From a virus: DNA of 45,002 nt. The stretch lies in the IMG/VR virus record IMGVR_UViG_3300045988_174610, positions 1 through 45,002 of that record, one strand, 5' to 3'. Made by a program: the position numbers and the translations under genes. Positions 43,337 to 45,002 of the stretch are shown here, piece by piece; position 1 is the first letter of the stretch; every line of letters starts with the position of its first letter. The notes under the pieces are model-generated. The model had not been told where the DNA came from and made no database searches. It was given only the letters and a program-made list of their open reading frames with translations.

Positions 43337-43720
43337 ATGGATAAAGTTTCACGAGTGGGGGGGGTAGCCTCTCCTGATGTTTTGAAGGTTTTGGAGTGGT
43401 TCAAAAATCAGATCAAATCCAACAAAGGAATTGTCGAAGAGTATCACGACGATTTAGGTTTTTACGTTAAATTCGCAGGCGGCCTGATTGTGCAAGGCGG
43501 AGCGCTTACAGTGGTATCTACCCAGACCATCACTTTTCGCACTCCTTTTTCGGGTATCGCATACTCGTTAGCCTTACTTCCAATCCTTATTAAAACTGGT
43601 GAGTCTTGGGGAGAAGCACCGCGAGAAATGAGTGGAACAAGAACTACCTCAAGCGTCAGCATCTGGATGAACGGCACTGCACAAGATCGAACAGGTTCTT
43701 GGATTGCCATCGGCTACTGA
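43337..43720 (+). CDS. Tip cassette C6, phase-ON (G8)
   Basis: ATG at 43337 after AAGGA. MDKVSRVGGVASPDVLKVLEWFKNQIKSNKGIVEEYHDDLGFYVKFAGGLIVQGG...GSWIAIGY, intact through the tract. Confidence 0.75.
   Translation: MDKVSRVGGVASPDVLKVLEWFKNQIKSNKGIVEEYHDDLGFYVKFAGGLIVQGGALTVVSTQTITFRTPFSGIAYSLALLPILIKTGESWGEAPREMSGTRTTSSVSIWMNGTAQDRTGSWIAIGY
43357..43364 (+). repeat. G8 homopolymer in C6
   Basis: Counted directly: cgagt GGGGGGGG tagcc. Confidence 0.95.
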
Positions 43721-43726
43721 CTCTTC

Positions 43727-43746
43727 GCCCTCTTCGGAGGGCTTTT
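43727..43746 (+). terminator. Rho-independent terminator of the late/tail-fibre operon
   Basis: GCCCTC-TTCG-GAGGGC followed by TTTT, 7 nt after the C6 stop. Confidence 0.75.
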
Positions 43747-43756
43747 CAGAAAAGTA

Positions 43757-43788
43757 AAACCCGCCTCAGTCAAAACCGAAGCGGGTTT
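43757..43788 (-). terminator. Hairpin downstream of the porin gene (probable terminator)
   Basis: AAACCCGC-(16 nt)-GCGGGTTT; on the reverse strand it is followed by TACTTTTC. Confidence 0.45.
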
Positions 43789-43821
43789 AAGTCTTAATCA
43801 GAATCTCAAGAAAAGATCAGA

Positions 43822-45002
43822 TTAGAACTTGTGACGGATACCGATCATAGCACCGAAGACGGTGGGGTCTTCGTCTTCTACACCAGAGGTGTTGTGGTCA
43901 AAGCTATCCTGGTTATACGTAACAACACCATAGATGTTGGTGCGCTTGGAGAGCGGATAATCGTAACCGGCAGACACGATCCAACGGTTCAAATCGACAC
44001 CCCCGAGCCAACCACCCATGCGGTCATCCATGCTGTCGGCGGATTCGGCGTCCATGTAAGAAGCGCCGAGCAGAACGTTACCACCTGCCGCGGGAATGGC
44101 AGCGGAAATGCCAAGGCTCCAGCCTTTCACATAAACGTACTTAGAGCCGTCCTCGACGTTCAACATGTTTTCGGCAGCCAGATCAACCAGATCCGTTGCT
44201 GCGCCAGAGAAGCTAGACAGGCGAACTTCGTCAAAATAGGCGGCGCCAGCAAAGAGCTTCACGACCTCAAAGTCGTAGTTACCGCCGAAACGAACTGTCA
44301 GGCTGTCGTCGATGTCGTCGGCGGCACCCTCAGCAGCCGTAAGGCCGGCAGTCTTATAGTTGATTGAGTCGACGGCGAAGTAGAGGTTAAGAGGACCATT
44401 AGCGTAGGTTGCGCCGATGGCGTAGTAACGATCGCTGCCAGATTCGTTTTCATAGTCGTTGGAACCCATGCCGTACTGGGCGAACACTGTGAAGCCGGCG
44501 AAGTTCGGGGTTTCGTAGGCAATCATGTTGTCCCATTTGCCGGAACCACCAAAGACCGTATCGGCTTGAGCAGCGTAGCCACCCCAAGACGTACCAAAGG
44601 CGGACATCATACCCTGCTTACCCCAGGAAGACACGCCACCATTAATGGAACCGATGCGGCCCATGGCCAACTTACCAAAACCGCCCTGGATAAAGAGGCT
44701 CGATTCACGATCAAACATCTGGTCTTTTTCAGCGCCAGTGTCAGAGGCAAAGCCGTCTTCAAGGATGAAGCCCACCGTCAAACCGTTGCCGAGGTCTTCA
44801 GTACCCTTCAAGCCCCAACGAGAGCCGGACTGCATGCCGGATTCCATAGAGAAGGTGTCTGTCGCGTCATAGCCGTTCGGGGCTTCTGCGCTGGTTGCAT
44901 CCAAATCGCTGTGTAGATAACGGAGGCCCGTATCAACGATACCGTACAGCTGAACGTCAGCAGCCAGAGCGGAACCGGCGAAAGCGCCGAGAACTGCAAC
45001 TG
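43822..45002 (-). CDS. Phage-borne general porin (Gram-negative trimeric porin; OmpC/PorB-like), body of the gene; 5' end at nt 56-74 across the junction
   Basis: Mature N-terminus ADVQLYGIVDTGLRY, alternating beta-strand pattern, GSRWGLKG, and C-terminal ...GAMIGIRHKF with terminal Phe. The frame is open from 44904 to the window end and joins the signal peptide at nt 1-74. Confidence 0.85.
   Translation of the reverse strand, partial: VAVLGAFAGSALAADVQLYGIVDTGLRYLHSDLDATSAEAPNGYDATDTFSMESGMQSGSRWGLKGTEDLGNGLTVGFILEDGFASDTGAEKDQMFDRESSLFIQGGFGKLAMGRIGSINGGVSSWGKQGMMSAFGTSWGGYAAQADTVFGGSGKWDNMIAYETPNFAGFTVFAQYGMGSNDYENESGSDRYYAIGATYANGPLNLYFAVDSINYKTAGLTAAEGAADDIDDSLTVRFGGNYDFEVVKLFAGAAYFDEVRLSSFSGAATDLVDLAAENMLNVEDGSKYVYVKGWSLGISAAIPAAGGNVLLGASYMDAESADSMDDRMGGWLGGVDLNRWIVSAGYDYPLSKRTNIYGVVTYNQDSFDHNTSGVEDEDPTVFGAMIGIRHKF
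44948..45002. repeat. Terminal overlap copy 2 (identical to 1..55)
   Basis: Same 55-nt string as nt 1-55. It ends exactly at the window edge. Confidence 0.95.

Larger units (their letters stand above)
1..45002. mobile_element. Complete circularly closed temperate phage genome (unique length 44,947 bp), podovirus-type structural module
   Basis: The first 55 nt equal the last 55 nt. All modules of a temperate phage are present: integrase, CI/Cro switch, replication, recombination, terminase, portal, capsid, tail, fibres and lysis. No flanking housekeeping genes. Confidence 0.8.

Noticed and set aside
41501-43364. Poly-G tracts as mere sequencing or assembly artefacts, with frameshifted genes as errors
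   Set aside because: Not fully excluded for the exact lengths. However, artefacts would not place G7-G9 runs at the homologous Gly-Gly codons of five diverged paralogs and nowhere else in the coding sequence. The tracts themselves are real features even if individual counts could be off by one.
40634-43720. Invertible-segment (Gin/Cin shufflon) or DGR mechanism for fibre variation
   Set aside because: All cassettes are in the same orientation. There is no invertase or recombinase gene nearby and no inverted crossover repeats. There is no reverse transcriptase and no template/variable repeat pair anywhere in the window.

Overview
The window is a closed circle. Nt 1-55 are identical to nt 44948-45002, the kind of end overlap a k-mer assembler leaves, so the unique length is 44,947 bp. 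The porin gene at the right end continues in frame into nt 56-74. The content is a complete temperate phage with a podovirus-type (T7/BPP-1-like) structural module. The host is Gram-negative and probably betaproteobacterial; that inference rests only on the porin N-terminus and an Mtd-like fibre gene.

Layout:
- 399-2736: lysis cassette (holin, M15 endolysin, Rz with embedded Rz1).
- 3063-4142: tyrosine integrase.
- 11439 down to 4486, minus strand: early-left operon (RecT, YqaJ-type exonuclease, Xis-like protein, small accessory genes, a MazF/PemK-like moron), punctuated by several intrinsic terminators.
- 13528 down to 11623, minus strand: CI-like S24 repressor operon carrying two AT-rich passenger genes.
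- 13661-17586: Cro-like protein, O-like initiator with internal iterons, DnaB-like helicase and small genes.
- 17559-40634: late operon (TerS, TerL, GNAT, portal, scaffold, capsid, adaptor, nozzle, three internal virion proteins including a 2607-aa giant with an HExxH motif, and a 771-aa tail fibre).

The stand-out region is 40634-43720. A short fibre gene with a BPP-1 Mtd-like N-terminus but no receptor-binding domain is followed by six paralogous small tip genes and one tail-fibre assembly chaperone. Each tip gene has a conserved core around W-R-K-x-S-D-G-x-I-x-Q-G-G and ends in W-[YFI]-A-[CI]-G-Y. Five of the six carry a G7-G9 homopolymer at the same Gly-Gly position near the 5' end. All five read through only at G8. 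In this assembly two are ON and three are OFF. The sixth encodes the same Gly-Gly with non-slippery GGA GGA. I read this as a candidate contingency-locus (slipped-strand) host-range switch in a phage that has no DGR and no invertase.

A seventh tract (G10) sits exactly in the centre of the divergent porin/lysis intergenic region. No tRNA, rRNA, CRISPR array, reverse transcriptase or transposase was recognised.
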